Shown here one piece after another: positions 1-12,664 of a stretch of 64,000 nt of DNA. Positions within the stretch are counted from its first letter, which is position 1. Each line of letters begins with the position of its first letter. Origin of the DNA: Haplodiscus bocki. Its lineage: Eukaryota. The notes below the pieces were generated by a model. It ran no database searches. It worked only from the letters and a program-made list of their open reading frames with translations, and had not been told where the DNA came from. A program made the position numbers and the translations under genes. The stretch covers positions 93,558,001 through 93,622,000 of the forward strand of contig OZ296653.1 of NCBI GenBank assembly GCA_965655095.1, in the 5' to 3' direction.

Positions 1-679
1 CAAAGACTTCTCCTTAAAAGCCTAAGTGATAATATTGAAATTGCGGAAGAAGTTCTTAAGGATTATCTAACAATTTCTAATACAACCACAAAAATAGATG
101 TTAGCTTTCAGGAAGATAAATGTCTTCATTCACTGATTTTATTACTAAATAAAGTTTGAAAGTTGATGCTACATTCAAAACAAAAATACAAAAATTATTA
201 ACAAACAGTGGAGGAAAATGTGATATAAATTCAAGCGATTCAAGTTGCAAAGATGAAGTTCATAGAGTCCATTTACAACCGAAATTTGAAACCCATTGGG
301 TAACCAGACATATAGAAAAGTTTTGTCAATCTTACATCTGTCCACCACCAATTTTTTCAACGAAATATATATCGAAACGATATAGGAAATGCCTTATTTC
401 TGAAAACAAAATTCGAGAAAGTGACAGTTATTGCGTAGCCTGTTGCTGACATGTAATATACAAGACATAAATTTGAAAAACAGACTTTAAATCTGCTGTA
501 CTACGCTTAAATATAACGAAACAAGCCTATAAGAAAATCTTTGTTTGATAATAGTCTGAAAGACACTACAGTAAGATAAAGCGAATACGTGTTGAAACAT
601 AAATACGATCGCAAATCATATATTGGAGAAAACAACAATCAAATGAAAAAAACATCTTGTGAAAGTAGTAGACCAAAAA

Positions 680-1629
680 ATGATTATAAATAAACAAACT
701 TCAAAGACTAAAACAAAAGACTTATTATTTTCAAATGCTGAAAGTAGTGAAAATCTCATTGACTAAAGTATAACTGAACCACTCGAAGCTTTGGAAAAAA
801 GCCTTACACTGAGAAAGAGACTTTCAGGTTTGAAAAATATTAAACTTAGAAAAGAATCAATGAAGGTTAGGATCAACAAGGTTGGTGGTATATATCTCAG
901 TTTTTGGTTTAATTAGGAAATTTTTCAAATTTGAAGTTCTTCAAAGAAAAGAAACTGAAAAAAATTTGAAATTGTATGGGTGTAGATCTTCAACACAAAA
1001 TATATAAAAAAGAATCATTAAAAACAATATTGATTGGAGAAGGCCTTACAAAAAACCATTCTTGGAAAAATAGATAATTCAGCCCATATACAACCACTAA
1101 ATAGAGCCTTACCTTTAGAAGAATTTGATTTCATGAATTATCTTCAAGAGCATATGCAATTAATAAAAAAAATGGCATACTTCAACATTTTCCCAATTCT
1201 AATGGTACAATTAAAGGTGAACCGGATGATCCATCAATGAAAACAAAACTATCAACAAAAAATTTATTCTATAAAACAAAGCTCAAAGATCAAAACTATC
1301 TTTGGCTTTACTGGCTTTTCTTTGAGCAAATATTGACAAAGTTAGTGAAAAAAAACAAGAAACATAGCAACTTTAGACAAGATACGACTGAATTGTGATT
1401 GCATCAATTGCACACTTGTTAAAGGTTCTAGATAGCCTATCTTATTCAGTTTTCATTTTAATGCTAGACCAAAAGATGAGAACTATAGTGACTCAAAAAT
1501 CATACAACACAAGAAAGTTGAAAAAACACATCTGAGTCAATCAACTTCTGAGTTAAAAGACGCTGATAAACATAAAGCTGACTTCAAAGCTGAAAAAATG
1601 ATTTTTACATTGTTATTGAAAAAGTATAA
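680..1629 (+). pseudogene. Polinton-like minor capsid (penton) pseudogene
   Basis: C-terminal reading IRLNCDCINCTLVKGSR*PILFSF...KHKADFKAEKMIFTLLLKK fits the Polinton penton pattern (LxCDxIxxxxxNG..PILxxF...DFxxExxxFTL). Many stops and frameshifts. Homolog at 51310-52398 (-). Confidence 0.6.
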
Positions 1630-1659
1630 CCTCTTTAATTTTTTCGGAAAACTTCTTAT

Positions 1660-2029
1660 CAAAATTTTAAAACTAACTCATAGTGCGTTGGTGGTTGCCA
1701 TTAAAGTAGTCCTAAACCTACCTAAAGTAAAATAACTCAAAGAGATCAAAAAAAATTGATAGGTAAATGCCTTCATGGCAAAAGGAAAATATCAAGGAGT
1801 GTGAGTGATAATACAAATTCACTATAAGGTTTATGTATACTTTTCAAAAAATTAGGAAGAGCATCCGCTAAATATGCTATAAGTACATAAAGAATAGCGT
1901 TTTTATATATCTTTCAAGATCTTTAGAAATTGGAGCCAAATTTGGAAGTGCAGTTTTTTTATCTACAATTCCAGATGCAATAAAGTTTTTTCGTATAGAG
2001 AGGGACTTCATCTTGGAAAGTTTGTATAG
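1660..2029 (+). pseudogene. Small basic Polinton accessory protein pseudogene
   Basis: Reads ...SRSVSDNT...FKKLGRASAK...STIPDAIKFF..GLHLGKFV*. Syntenic homolog at ~50922-51300 (-): ...VIVSDSTIQAERLGNF...FHHTGNRFFLEKFI*. Confidence 0.5.
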
Positions 2030-2146
2030 TTGTTGGCATGAATACGATTTTGTATAAATACAAATCTCTGCTTCCCAGTTCCACTAACTAATTTTCTGAA
2101 AACTTTTCTTTCAGTTAAACAAAAACAGGTTTTTACAGATATGTAA

Positions 2147-2640
2147 ATGTCTTCTACTAACTTATATCCAACTGCTCCGTTAGAAACAGCTACGGTTATT
2201 GTAGGGAGATTAGAAAAATATATATTTGACAAAAAAAAGCTATAATAAAACTGTTAACAACCTTCAAGAAATAATTACCTACATCAAAAACGAAAAACGT
2301 AAACAAAAAATAGGAAACCAAAAACTTCATTTAATATTTTGAAAACAGTTGATATTTTTCAATTATCAGTGCCACAACTTCGACGCCTGTTTTGTTATCT
2401 GTTACTGAATTTCGGTTTATTGTGAAACCAGTTTGAATTGGTTTCTGCTTGTGCAATAACTCTAACAAATAAAATTTTTTTGAAATAAGTATGATTAAAT
2501 ATTTTTATTTAAAAAAACATTATGAGAAAGATCAACATAGTATTAATTAATTTGATGAGTTGTATTGAAACTGTTCACAAGAAATAAATTTTCCGCAACA
2601 GTGCAATAAACAGAAATGTAACTGTCTAAAACTGGAAGTT
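2147..2640 (+). pseudogene. Coiled-coil/transmembrane protein pseudogene with N-terminal PTAP motif
   Basis: ATG at 2147 gives MSSTNLYPTAPLE..., later ILKTVD..IISATTSTPVLLSVT (hydrophobic). Homolog at ~50400-50888 (-): MSAIALNPTAPSE...ISKTVDTFVIMATTFNSVTPSVTGFGLMV. Confidence 0.55.
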
Positions 2641-2779
2641 TTTAAGAAGTGAACCCAGAACCAGGTCTAGAATTAGGTCTAGAACTGAGAACAGATTTCT
2701 CTTTTTGTTTTCTAACTATGACTGTGTAGTTTTGTAAGGAATGAAAGAATAATTTTATTCAGGAGAAAAAAGTAAATTC

Positions 2780-3370
2780 ATCATAAAAAGAACTTTTGAT
2801 GTAGGCCTTTCTCTTGCTGGTGAAACCTATCTGTAGTTGAAAAAGTAAAAACAAGTTTCTGAAGGAGATATTTTTGGTACATCCAGGTCTCCTGAATGAT
2901 AAAATAAGGAATTCAACACTGAAGGGAAAGTAGAGGAATAAGTCAAAATGCAGGTGGTATTGTAGTTTTTGATCATCTTTTAAATTAGAATGAAAAAGCA
3001 ATTGACACATTTTTCAAGAAAAAGTTTCACAAAGATCTTGATGTTTAAAAATCTTCTCAATCTTTTTTTGATTTACCAAGAAGAACAATAGGGTAACATA
3101 GTTTTATAAATATTTTTGTTTATTCGAACTTCACAAGAAGGGGAAAGTTTCATGGAAGATTTGTTGGATTGGCTTTAAGTTATGATAAATACAAAGCTCT
3201 CTATAGAGAAACACGGAGATTATATACACTTTTTTATTTGAAGATAGTGAGAGAAAAACGGATGAAAAGGTAATATTTGTAAGGAAAAGAGGCCAAAAAG
3301 ATTCAGAGAGTGTACATCAGAAACAAACCCTTTCTAAGTTTGTGTTTGAAAAAATCTTCAATTATATATA
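2780..3370 (+). pseudogene. A32-like DNA packaging ATPase pseudogene
   Basis: Degenerate Walker A (VGLSLAGETYL), Walker B (GGIVVFDH) and SQSFFDLPRRTI. Homologous to the clearer copy at 49540-50060 (-). Confidence 0.6.
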
Positions 3371-3499
3371 ATTTTTAACACATTGGAGAAGCGAAGCGGC
3401 ACTTGAAAAAAATTCGATTTTAATGTGTAGGACTAAAGAATTTTTTGAGTGAGCGAAGGCTTCTTTGGAATAAAAATACCTTATGAAAACGAATAATGG

Positions 3500-4284
3500 A
3501 GAGGAGCGAGCAGCTTTGAAAAGACTAGCAATATCACAAATATAGGTAAAACAAACAGGATTAAAAGAAAAGTTAGGTCAGTGGGATTTTCGATTTGATG
3601 CACCAGATCTTTTCCAACTAATATCAAAATCAGTTAAAGATACAAGTGAAAAAATACATGAACAATCTAATGCTAAAACTAAAGAACTAAAGATGATTTC
3701 GAAAACAATTCTGAAGATTGGAGTGGCTTAGATCCAGAAGAAGAAGAACCACCTAAAATTACAACTGATCCACAGCCAAGTTTATTTTTTGCAAATTCAG
3801 GGTTTAAGAAATCAAAAACAGTTAAAACAAGGAAAAAAAGATCCAGATCCCAAAAGTCTACTTGATTTCAAAAAAACAAGATTAGGCTTTGTTACAACAA
3901 AAGACAATACCTCTGGATATAGACAGAAAAGAGACAATGAGACAAAAAAGTCAATCTTACAGATTGAAGAGTAGGAAAATTTTGATCAAAGACCTACTTT
4001 TGGAGATAGTGATACATCATTTCAGTTGCCGGGTTAATTTTTGGATATGGTGACAAATAAACGCTGCAATAGCAACACATCTATGGAAGTTAGAAACAAG
4101 TTGATTTGGCTGAAAGGAAAGAAGTGTGAAACAAGAAGTAAAGAAGGTAAGTTATCTGAAAGAGATGAACTTGTTGAAGATTGTTCACTTGGCCCAAAAA
4201 CGGCCCATTTTGATTGTAAGAAAATCACGCCAAAACTGATGAAAATATAGCTGGTTTTAAAATTGACAAAAAACCAAGAAAAAG

Positions 4285-4315
<31 letters not shown>

Positions 4316-4575
4316 TAAAGAAGAAAAATAATGAATAAAGGAAAAATTGTCCCCAATCCTGATATTTCTTATAGTTCAAAATCAAGATTAAAAACTTTTC
4401 TTCCTGAAAATCTAGATGAATCAAAAAATAAATTAGGAGTATTCATCCAACGAAAAAGGTAGAAATGATACAAATAGATTTGATGATGAATTAGTTGCTA
4501 TAATTGATAAACTATTAGAAGAAAAATGTTTTACCGAAACTCAACACAAAAAAAGTTTATTGGTTTTAAACTATT
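3500..4575 (+). pseudogene. Conserved Polinton protein of unknown function (acidic/low-complexity middle, helical C-terminal motif)
   Basis: C-terminus FLPENLDESKNKLGVFIQ...NRFDDELVAIIDKLLEEKCFTETQHKK resembles the recurrent Polinton motif (PxxxxELxxRLxLL..AGN...xEIxxIxxxL). Lies between the ATPase and MCP genes. Confidence 0.45.
4284..4313 (+). repeat. (GAA)10 microsatellite (poly-Glu)
   Basis: Seen directly in the sequence. Confidence 0.9.
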
Positions 4576-4603
4576 TTAAAAGATTCAAATAACTGAAAAC
4601 TAT

Positions 4604-5740
4604 ATGGTAGATAGATCAATCCTTAATTTCGATTATATTGGTTATACACCTCAAACAGTACTCAGTGCAAATAGAGTAACTGAGCAACTGTAAACTGCTA
4701 GACCAAAAGAAGATTCAGTAAAATCTCTGAAAAATAGTTATCTTGAAATAAAATTTGATGTCATAAGAGAAGAGTAGGACAAAAGATTTTTAGCTGCTGA
4801 TAAAAGAGGGTTAGCTAATTTGGAACCAACTGTTTTGATTCCGAAAAACAACTTATCAAGTAGCAGCGGAAATGAAATCGAAACTAATTGTCATGCACAT
4901 TGTTCGCTTAGGGTACAAAGTACTGTCATCAACCAGAGCCCATAATGATTTATCTATTGACCTTGTTAGTGGAATTGAAGAACCTGGACTGGAATATAGA
5001 ACTGGGAAAAGAACTCATGGATCATTTTCATAAAAAAATTTTAATAAATGATGTGTTTGGGTTTGCGGAGCATCAAAAAAATACCCGAAGAGTACGTTAT
5101 AAATTGACTTCGAAAAAAATTTCCGACAGTGTTGTATAAACTCGAAATGCTGAGAGACAGTATATTAAGAAATCAATGTTATTAGTTATCATGTCCCACA
5201 TCTTTCACCAAGTGTGTTTCAACCAGATTTATTAAAGGAACAAACTCTAGCTAAAAAAGCAACTGATTCATCTTTCAATAAAAGGTCTGTTTCTTCAACA
5301 GAAGGAAAGTTTAAGCAAACAGCAGCTAAGTAATGACCGCCTCTACAGAACTCAATTACTCTTGTTCAATGGATTTTAAAAACTGAAACATATCCTGATG
5401 CTGTTAAGAAAACAGATTATACACAAGATAGACAAGGATATACTCAATTTGTAACTTGTTTCAGCCATTTAACCAGAAATGAGCTCCTACAACCAGATAT
5501 TACACGACGAGATTTTAAAACAAACAAAGTCAGTGCTGCTGGTAGAAATACGACAGCTTTTGGATATAATTGATTTGTTTTTGGCATACGCTACCAAAAA
5601 ATTATCTTCTGCTCAATCAAAAAAAGTAAATTTTAACTTCAATCGGTTTAATATTGTTGGAGTAGTTGAAAAAACTTTTACATTAGGTAACAAAATACTA
5701 TCCAAGCAACGATGAACAGAGATTTTTTGATATAATATAA
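4604..5740 (+). pseudogene. Polinton/adintovirus-like major capsid protein (double jelly-roll) pseudogene
   Basis: Fragments MVDRSILNFDYIGYTP..PKEDSVKSLKNSYLEIKFDV; ILINDVFGFAEHQK..RYKLT; ETYPDA..QGYTQFVTCFSHLTRNELLQP; SSAQSKKVNFNF. About 380 codons with frameshifts. Confidence 0.6.
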
Positions 5741-5829
5741 TTACAAATTACATGCAAAAAAGTGAAAATATATCTAAAGATAAAACAAAATTCATCTCTA
5801 AAGATCAAAACAAAATCAATTAAAAACAA

Positions 5830-8800
5830 CCGTCGAATTGATTCATTTTTGATTATATCTTTTTTTTTGTCGTCAAACGAGTTTTTTTGCTAGTTTATGA
5901 GTTTCTCTCCATTACATTTCAAAAATTTCACTGCTGAGAAAATGAAGAAGTTGACTTTTTGTAAATCTTCTATTCCAATCGAACAACTATATTAACCTTT
6001 GAATTGCATTTCGTCGCTCAAAACTTTTCTACTTCTATTCAAAATATTTCTGTTTTCCTTGTCATTTCAGAATGACTTCAAATCAGAGTGACTTTGCTCT
6101 TGAATTACAAAATTTATAAATCCAAATACTTTGAAGGGTTTCAATTCCAAGAAAACCGATATCTTTTTCTTTCACATTTGAGAGTTTTTTAGAATGATTT
6201 CATCTTGGCTAGTAAAATGAAAAAAATTAGTCAAACTACTTAGGTCCCTGACTATGTCTTTTGCTTAAAACTAAAAAAGAATGAGTCACAATCCACCTAA
6301 TGTATTTGCAAATCTTCAACATTTGATTTTAATTTAATTTATCAGTTTTTTTTAGATATGTAATTTAGACAACTCCAGTGTACAAAATCCCTAAAAATTC
6401 CTATTTTTGAAAGTTACCGTTTGATTTTCAAAAGCAAGTTTCTCAAAGATACAGAGCGGTTTATGTCCTGTAAAGGTGGATTCAATTCGTAATTCGTACA
6501 TTGTTTCAGTATAATGAGATTTAACGAGTTTGACTTGTTTTCTTTTAGGTAATTTTCCTATCGCTTCTCCTTAAAAAACAACGACTAATATTTTACAGAT
6601 TTTTTTAAAGAATTTATGTTGTTGCCAAAATTTTGTGAACCCAGATATAAAAGGTTTAACCATGGTTTCTGTTTGAAACGTTCTTTTCTCTGTAATTTTG
6701 ATACATCCATCCCTTGAGAAAGTAGAATCTTCAAATGAGTATATTGTACAAAAAAATTCTTCTTTTGATTGGTAACAAAGTAGCGTTTTCTTAGCTTAAT
6801 AAGATTTGAATGTTTTGCTCCTCATCAAATCGGTGTATTCAGTTAGTGGTATTTTTTATTCTCTGGAGCAAATTGAAAGTTCAAAGACAATTTTTGGCTT
6901 TATCCGAAAAAAATAAATCGTTTTCCAACGCAAACGCAATATCAGAATTGTCTGGGTTGGACAGTTTTTTTTCTAAGTTCATTGTATCTTCAATTTTTTT
7001 TCAGCAAAAATAATGATTCAGACATGCCAAATCCAAATGGATTACGAGAGTGTATATGGAGTACTTTTTTGTCATTCACAGTAATTTCATATCCTTTTCT
7101 TTTACATCCAGATATTGTACCTCCTATACCAATCTCAAGAATCAAAAAAAATCTTTCTTGAATATTTTTTAACTCAATTTCTGTGTTTTTTAGGTTTGCT
7201 TTTTCTGTAAAACCAGGTAAAGTAAAAAAGTATATTGGGTTAACTATATGTTCTTTATAACAAGTTTCAATGAAAGTGTCGAATGCATCTGCTAGCAATG
7301 TAACATGAGATTTAATAAAAAGTAAAGTTGGATCTTTACTTGCCTTAAGATTTAGTTTTCTTTATAGTTCTTGTTCGGTCAGTTTTTTCATCATTTGGTA
7401 TTGGTCCGTCTGGACAGGAGTATTAACGTTTTTCCAACTTCGTTGTTTGATTCGAATTATCACAGTTTTCTTTCTTATGAAAATATTCATACGGATAGGC
7501 TGTTTTTTGGATTGAAATGTTGTAATTTTCACCAAAACCTTCTTTGTGAGATTCGAATCATCTTTTATCAAGACTTGTTTTTTTATCGAGACTAAAAATT
7601 CGAAACCTATGAAAAACTCCGAACCTCATGCACCCATAGATTACTGAAAAAACCTTTTCAATAGTGGTCAGCTATGGCTTACAGTTTATAGAACTAAGTG
7701 AATTGCTAGTCAATGTTTTGACAACTTTATGAGAATCATGTCTACCAAAATTATGAAGAATAACACAAACTATTGAAGATTGACCTTTCTTAACATTTAA
7801 ATGAGGTGATTTAGAAGCTAGCTACTCCTCTATTTTTTTCTGTTGAACGGCCAGGATCTCGTACTTTTCACCAACTACTCTGATTTTTTTTTCGTCGCAT
7901 AGCCATTACTTTTTTGCACTTTTGTTTTATTTTTTTTTTGCTCTTTTGTTACAAATTCTTGCTCTTTTGTTATAAGTTTTTGCTCTTTTGTTTAAAATTT
8001 TTGCTGTTTCATCCTTTCTTTAATCTGTATTTGTTTCGTTGGAAAAGTCTGGCATTTCATTTTGTAGTTCTTGCATCTCTTTAACAAACCACTCTTTACA
8101 ATCACTTCTGAAAAATTAAAGACACCCAGATACATTCTAAATCTGATTTGGTTTAGTGACCAAAAGATACTGGTTCTTGGTGATAAAGATTTCCAATTTT
8201 CGCACGCTTCTCTCCATTTTTTAGGTTCACAACTTCACTCAGCATTACATTAAACTCCAAATCATAATGGAAGCTTTTGCAAATAATTTGTTATATTCAA
8301 ATGTTTTCTCTCCGGGAAATTTCAAAATTGAAGGTTTAGTTTTGACAATTTTTTTTACACTTCAAGAGAACTTTTCGCTGTTGTAAATGGTTTCATACTG
8401 TTTACAGAAAAATGGTGTAGTCTAATGGTGTTCATCGTTTTTAAAAAAACTGGTTTATTTTTTTTGAATAAGATTCAAAACCTTTATTTAAACCTCAAGC
8501 AATTGTCTTTTTCAATCCTGAAAAATTTTTTCATACTCAATTTCAATGCTAGCTTTATACTTATTCTGTTGGTCATCCTCGAACTTGTCCTGATGGTTTT
8601 CCTCAAAAATTTCTTGTTGGTTGTGTTCAAGATTTTCCTCAGGCACTTCCTCAGGGATATGTTTGTTCATGTTTTACGATTGTTATGGTTGAGTTGAAGT
8701 TTTGTCTTCTTTTAGCGCAACCACGTTAAAGATTAGATTGTTTAGTTCCTCTAATTTTTCAATGTCATCAACATTCACACCTTCAGTAAGATTCCATCTG

Positions 8801-9846
8801 TTTTGATTTTGTGAAGTTATTTTGTCTAAAAACTTAGTCTTTTTGGATTAATTCTTGGAAAATTCAAAAAAAAAGGATGCTTTAAAAACCACATAATTTA
8901 CTTTTGACCTTTTCGATCTTGACAATTATTACTGCTTGAATTTTGAAAACTAATTTGTATAGGATGCTACTTCTCCTTTGAATAAAAAATACTCTGTGTG
9001 ATATACTTTTAATAAATCTCCAACTTGGTCCTCTCAGTTCAAGGTTTCCAGTTTTTGATTGATTTTCTGATTGTGTATTGAGGTTTGTAATTCAATTTTT
9101 ATTTTTTTTGTTTTCCTGTGGTTGGTTTTTATACATTTTATGTTGTTTTTTATCCTTTCAAAAAGGGCATAAAAAGCCCCATTGTTTTTAAAGTCTTACT
9201 AATTGAATACTTCACGATTAGTTCAAGAAAAAAATTGAGAAAGTTCACAAAGCTTATTTGCGTTAAAAAATTGTCTTCATTTTTTTAACGATTGTGATCT
9301 TTGCAGTTATAAATTGATTTTTAGATGATAAAACTTTTGTTTTGTTTTCTGCTTCAGTTGCTCAAGCAAAAGAGTTTTTTTTGAATTTTGTCTCTGACTT
9401 CCTTTGATTTTTGGTTTTGCATGTTTTGTGTTTGATTTAATAAACCAAATTTCTCATAAATCACCAAAATTGTTGTTGTTATCATTTCTTACTCCTGGTA
9501 ATCTACTATTTTCAGCAAAGTGGGTGCTTTCGCTTTTGATACTACTTTTATGTCTAGCAGGCTTTTCATATTTTCCCCAATAATTTCTCAGGTCATTTGT
9601 ATCACGTAATTTGAATTTGCTTTTGACTCTAATTTGTTGTTTTTGCTCAGTGTGTATAGGCTATTCAGAATTTAGATAGTTTTCGCATTCATTGGTAAGA
9701 TAGAATAATTTACATTCCTCACAATTTGTTTTCATTCTTGTAAATAAGTAATGTTTTTCAGGTTTAATGTGTTTGCAGTACCTATCTTTTTGTAAGGAAA
9801 TTCCACAAGACCTACGAAGATTTGAATTGCCAGTTTGTTTATTCAT
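5830..9846 (-). pseudogene. Protein-primed family B DNA polymerase pseudogene with N-terminal C2H2-like fingers
   Basis: ORF 6990-7298 (LADAFDTF..NPIYFFTLPGFT..GIGGTISG..HIHSRNPFGFGMSESL) is the LADVFE/PGxxW/GIRGGIS/YxDxNNLYGxAM region. Also VRDxxxxTxxxRG near 7850, ILHNFGRHDSH (ExoII) near 7740-7765, C-terminal SFDDK near 5870, and ORF 9661-9846 with CxxC..H motifs. Confidence 0.8.
7936..8010. repeat. 21-bp tandem repeat (3-4 units, core TTGCTCTTTTGTT)
   Basis: Seen directly. On the minus strand it encodes a TKEQK/E heptad inside the pPolB region. Confidence 0.75.
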
Positions 9847-11309
9847 TAATGGTAACTTAATTTGTTTGAAAAAAAAACGTTCTATAGTTTTATATCAGTA
9901 AAGATTATAAATGTACTCATCCTCAACTATACTTTCATAAGTAAATCCAGTCCTTTGTTCATCGTTAAATGAATGTTCTATCATGGATCGATGCGGACCA
10001 TTTTTTTCGCATTTTAAAACTTAAAATAGTTTCAAAAAACTTTACCAATTCCAAGTTCAAAAAGTGCATCCCCAAAATTGCCATTCTTTCTAATACTTAA
10101 ATGTTATTCTGATGCATCATGTAAATTTCTTTTTTCGTTTAACCTAGCACTTGCAATGCCTGCATTATTTTTTTTCGGTTTTGTTTAACTATTTCTTTTC
10201 GGATTTGAAAAATTCATTCAAATCCTATTTAATTATATGACAAACCTCATAAAGACACATTTGGACAACTTCAACTAAGTTTATAATATAAACAGCTTTG
10301 AAAATGATTTTTTTCGGTTCATATCAATCTTTTACTTAGAAGAAAGTTTTTCAAAAAATCATTATTCTATCGAAATATTTGCAAAGCGGCCGGTTGACTA
10401 TGTCAACACTTCTAGGTTCTTCAAAAAAAATCCGCCATTTGACGGCTTGCTTCTTTGGAGCGATGCTCTCTTGCTGAAAAACAAGAAAAAAATTTCCTTG
10501 AAAAACTAAAATTTTGTACAGTTTTTACAAAATAAATTTTGAAAGTAATTGTTAATATTTTTCCAGAGTTTTTTCCCTATTTCCAGTAGAGCATTTTGAA
10601 TAGTCTTGGCAACTTTCGTTTTTTGATATGAACTTCAAGAATTGCAAGAATATTGATCTTTTCTCATCTTGTTTAATATTTAATGAATAGTCTTTAGAAA
10701 GAACTTTTTTTGCGCGCTTACAGCCTTTTTATCACAAAATTTCAGAAATTAAAACGCTCTCAGTTTCGATAAAATTTTTCATTAGGTAATCTAAGTAATA
10801 TAATAGTATTTAATTCTGAATTAATTTGCCTAAAACCTCATTTAACACTCAATTCTCAGTCTTCGTTTTCAATAAGTTTGCATGACGATGATGATTGTGT
10901 TTTTTTACTTAGGCAAAATTTGTTACAATTGATTTTTTGTGTTGGTGTTAATTCATAAAACTCATTCAATTTTCTACTATATTTTTTACAATGGTCGCAG
11001 AAGCGAAAATTAACAGTTTCTTCGATACAGTTATCATTATGAAAACTAGATAATTTTGTTTTCTGAGTGGTTTTCCTCAATGTAATTTTTACAAAGATCA
11101 CGTTTAAATTCAATATTATTTTTAAGTTGACATTCATGTTTCTCTCTTTTGTGTTATATACTTTTTCAAAACTATTACACTTTAGTTTCAGACCTGTTAT
11201 GACTTGATGTTTATTCGGTTCTTAATGCCTATAGAAATTAGGTTTTTCATATTCTGTTTCACAAATACAACCAAAATTCATGGTCTTTTGTATTACATTT
11301 TTATTTTCC

Positions 11310-12140
11310 AATTTAGGTTTTTAATTACAATATCATTTTGTGATTTGGTTAATTTTGTGTTTTTCAATAAAGTTTCCTTATACCTCTGAGGAAAAGACTC
11401 CAGATAGTGTCTTGGTACTGTATCATCTATCATTTTTGGTAATTTTTAAAGATCATGAATCCAATTGCTAGTATCTCCGTTAGAAAAAGTTCTAAGGACA
11501 CTAAATTTTCTTAGAAAATCTGCTTTAGGTTTCTGATTTCTTTTTTGACATTTGTATTTGAATTCATTGTCTATTTCATTTTCACTTGATTTTAGTGCTG
11601 CTTTTTTGGTATCAATTTTTTCCAAAAAGGATGTTGTTAAAATCTTTTCAAGTATTTTTGATCATTTGTCAATCCAATTTGCATTCCAATTTTCAACTAC
11701 TTGTTCTTTCAATGAATCGCGAAATGTTCTATTGAAATTTTCAACAAAAGCGGCTCATTTGATTGCGTATCTACTATCTCCTATTGTCCTTACTACGTAG
11801 AAAGTCTTTGAAAAATTTATCCAAAGACTCTCTTCCTTCATCTGGTTCAATTAGCTTAGGCTTACGGGCAGATTTAGGAGTAATATGAGCAAAATCATTT
11901 AATATAAGTTGAGCAGTTTTGTTTTTTAATGGAACGCCTAATCCATGTTGACTATAATTATCAATCAATATTAAAATTTATCTCTAGCCTTCGTTGTTTT
12001 TTGATCCATAATCTATCATATATAGTAAATCTAATCCCCAAGCATTCTCAAGGTGTTTGATTACCGTTGTATTTGTATTATAATTTTTCTTAGCAGGTTT
12101 AGAATAATTTACTTAAATGAATAGATCAATTAGAAATTTT
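11310..12140 (-). pseudogene. Retroviral-like (c-int) integrase pseudogene
   Basis: YSKPAKKNYNTN..AWGLDLL..ILILIDNYSQHGLGVPLKNKTAQ..RKPKLIEPDEGRE..FFKDFL (D..D motifs of a DDE integrase), plus FSNGDTSNW near 11460-11490. Confidence 0.8.
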
Positions 12141-12419
12141 TCAACCAATAAAACTGCAGGATTTTTTATAACTAGTTATTATCCTCGGAGACATGGATAG
12201 ATCTTCTTTTATCTTCATGGAAGTGATTTTTTTTTAGATTTAAAAAAAAACAAATTCTAATTTATAAACTTGCATAAAAAAAAGGAAAAATGATTGTCAA
12301 AATTTGTACATTTATAGCTGCTATTTCATCTTATTTTGGAATTGAATGATCGATATTTTACGTTCCCTGAAGAAAAATAGAATAAATTGACCGGATTTTT
12401 GCTCACATTTTTGCTTATC

Positions 12420-12664
12420 AGTAGAGTAAGATACAGTGTTGAACAACCAAAACAAGCAAAATACCACCATTACCTTTATAGCTTACCTCATTTTTCCCCC
12501 ATATTCATACAAATATCTCCAATTCTTTAATGACATGCCTGATTTTATGCTTTTTTGTGTATTTTGGTGAATATAACGATGAATTTGAGGAAATGTGTAA
12601 AAATATTGAGGTAAAGCTGGTACTATACTTGTTTTGGTTGTTCAACACTATATCCTACTCTACT
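12420..12664. repeat. Terminal fold-back palindrome of Polinton copy 1 (~245 bp)
   Basis: AGTAGAGTAAGATACAGTGTTGAACAACCAAAACAAG... pairs with ...CTTGTTTTGGTTGTTCAACACTATATCCTACTCTACT. An inner imperfect stem continues to an asymmetric loop. Confidence 0.9.

Larger units (their letters stand above)
1..12664. mobile_element. Degenerate compact Polinton/adintovirus-like element, copy 1 (left end outside the window)
   Basis: Pseudogenes of minor capsid, ATPase and major capsid (+) converge on pPolB and a retroviral-type integrase (-). The right end is a TIR homologous to the TIRs at 41435-41940 and 56345-56849, ending ...TACTCTACT. Confidence 0.8.

Noticed and set aside
12420-12664. Fold-back palindromes as stand-alone MITEs
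   Set aside because: No TSD, and all three are attached to homologous subterminal sequence at Polinton ends, so a TIR component is more parsimonious (not fully excluded).
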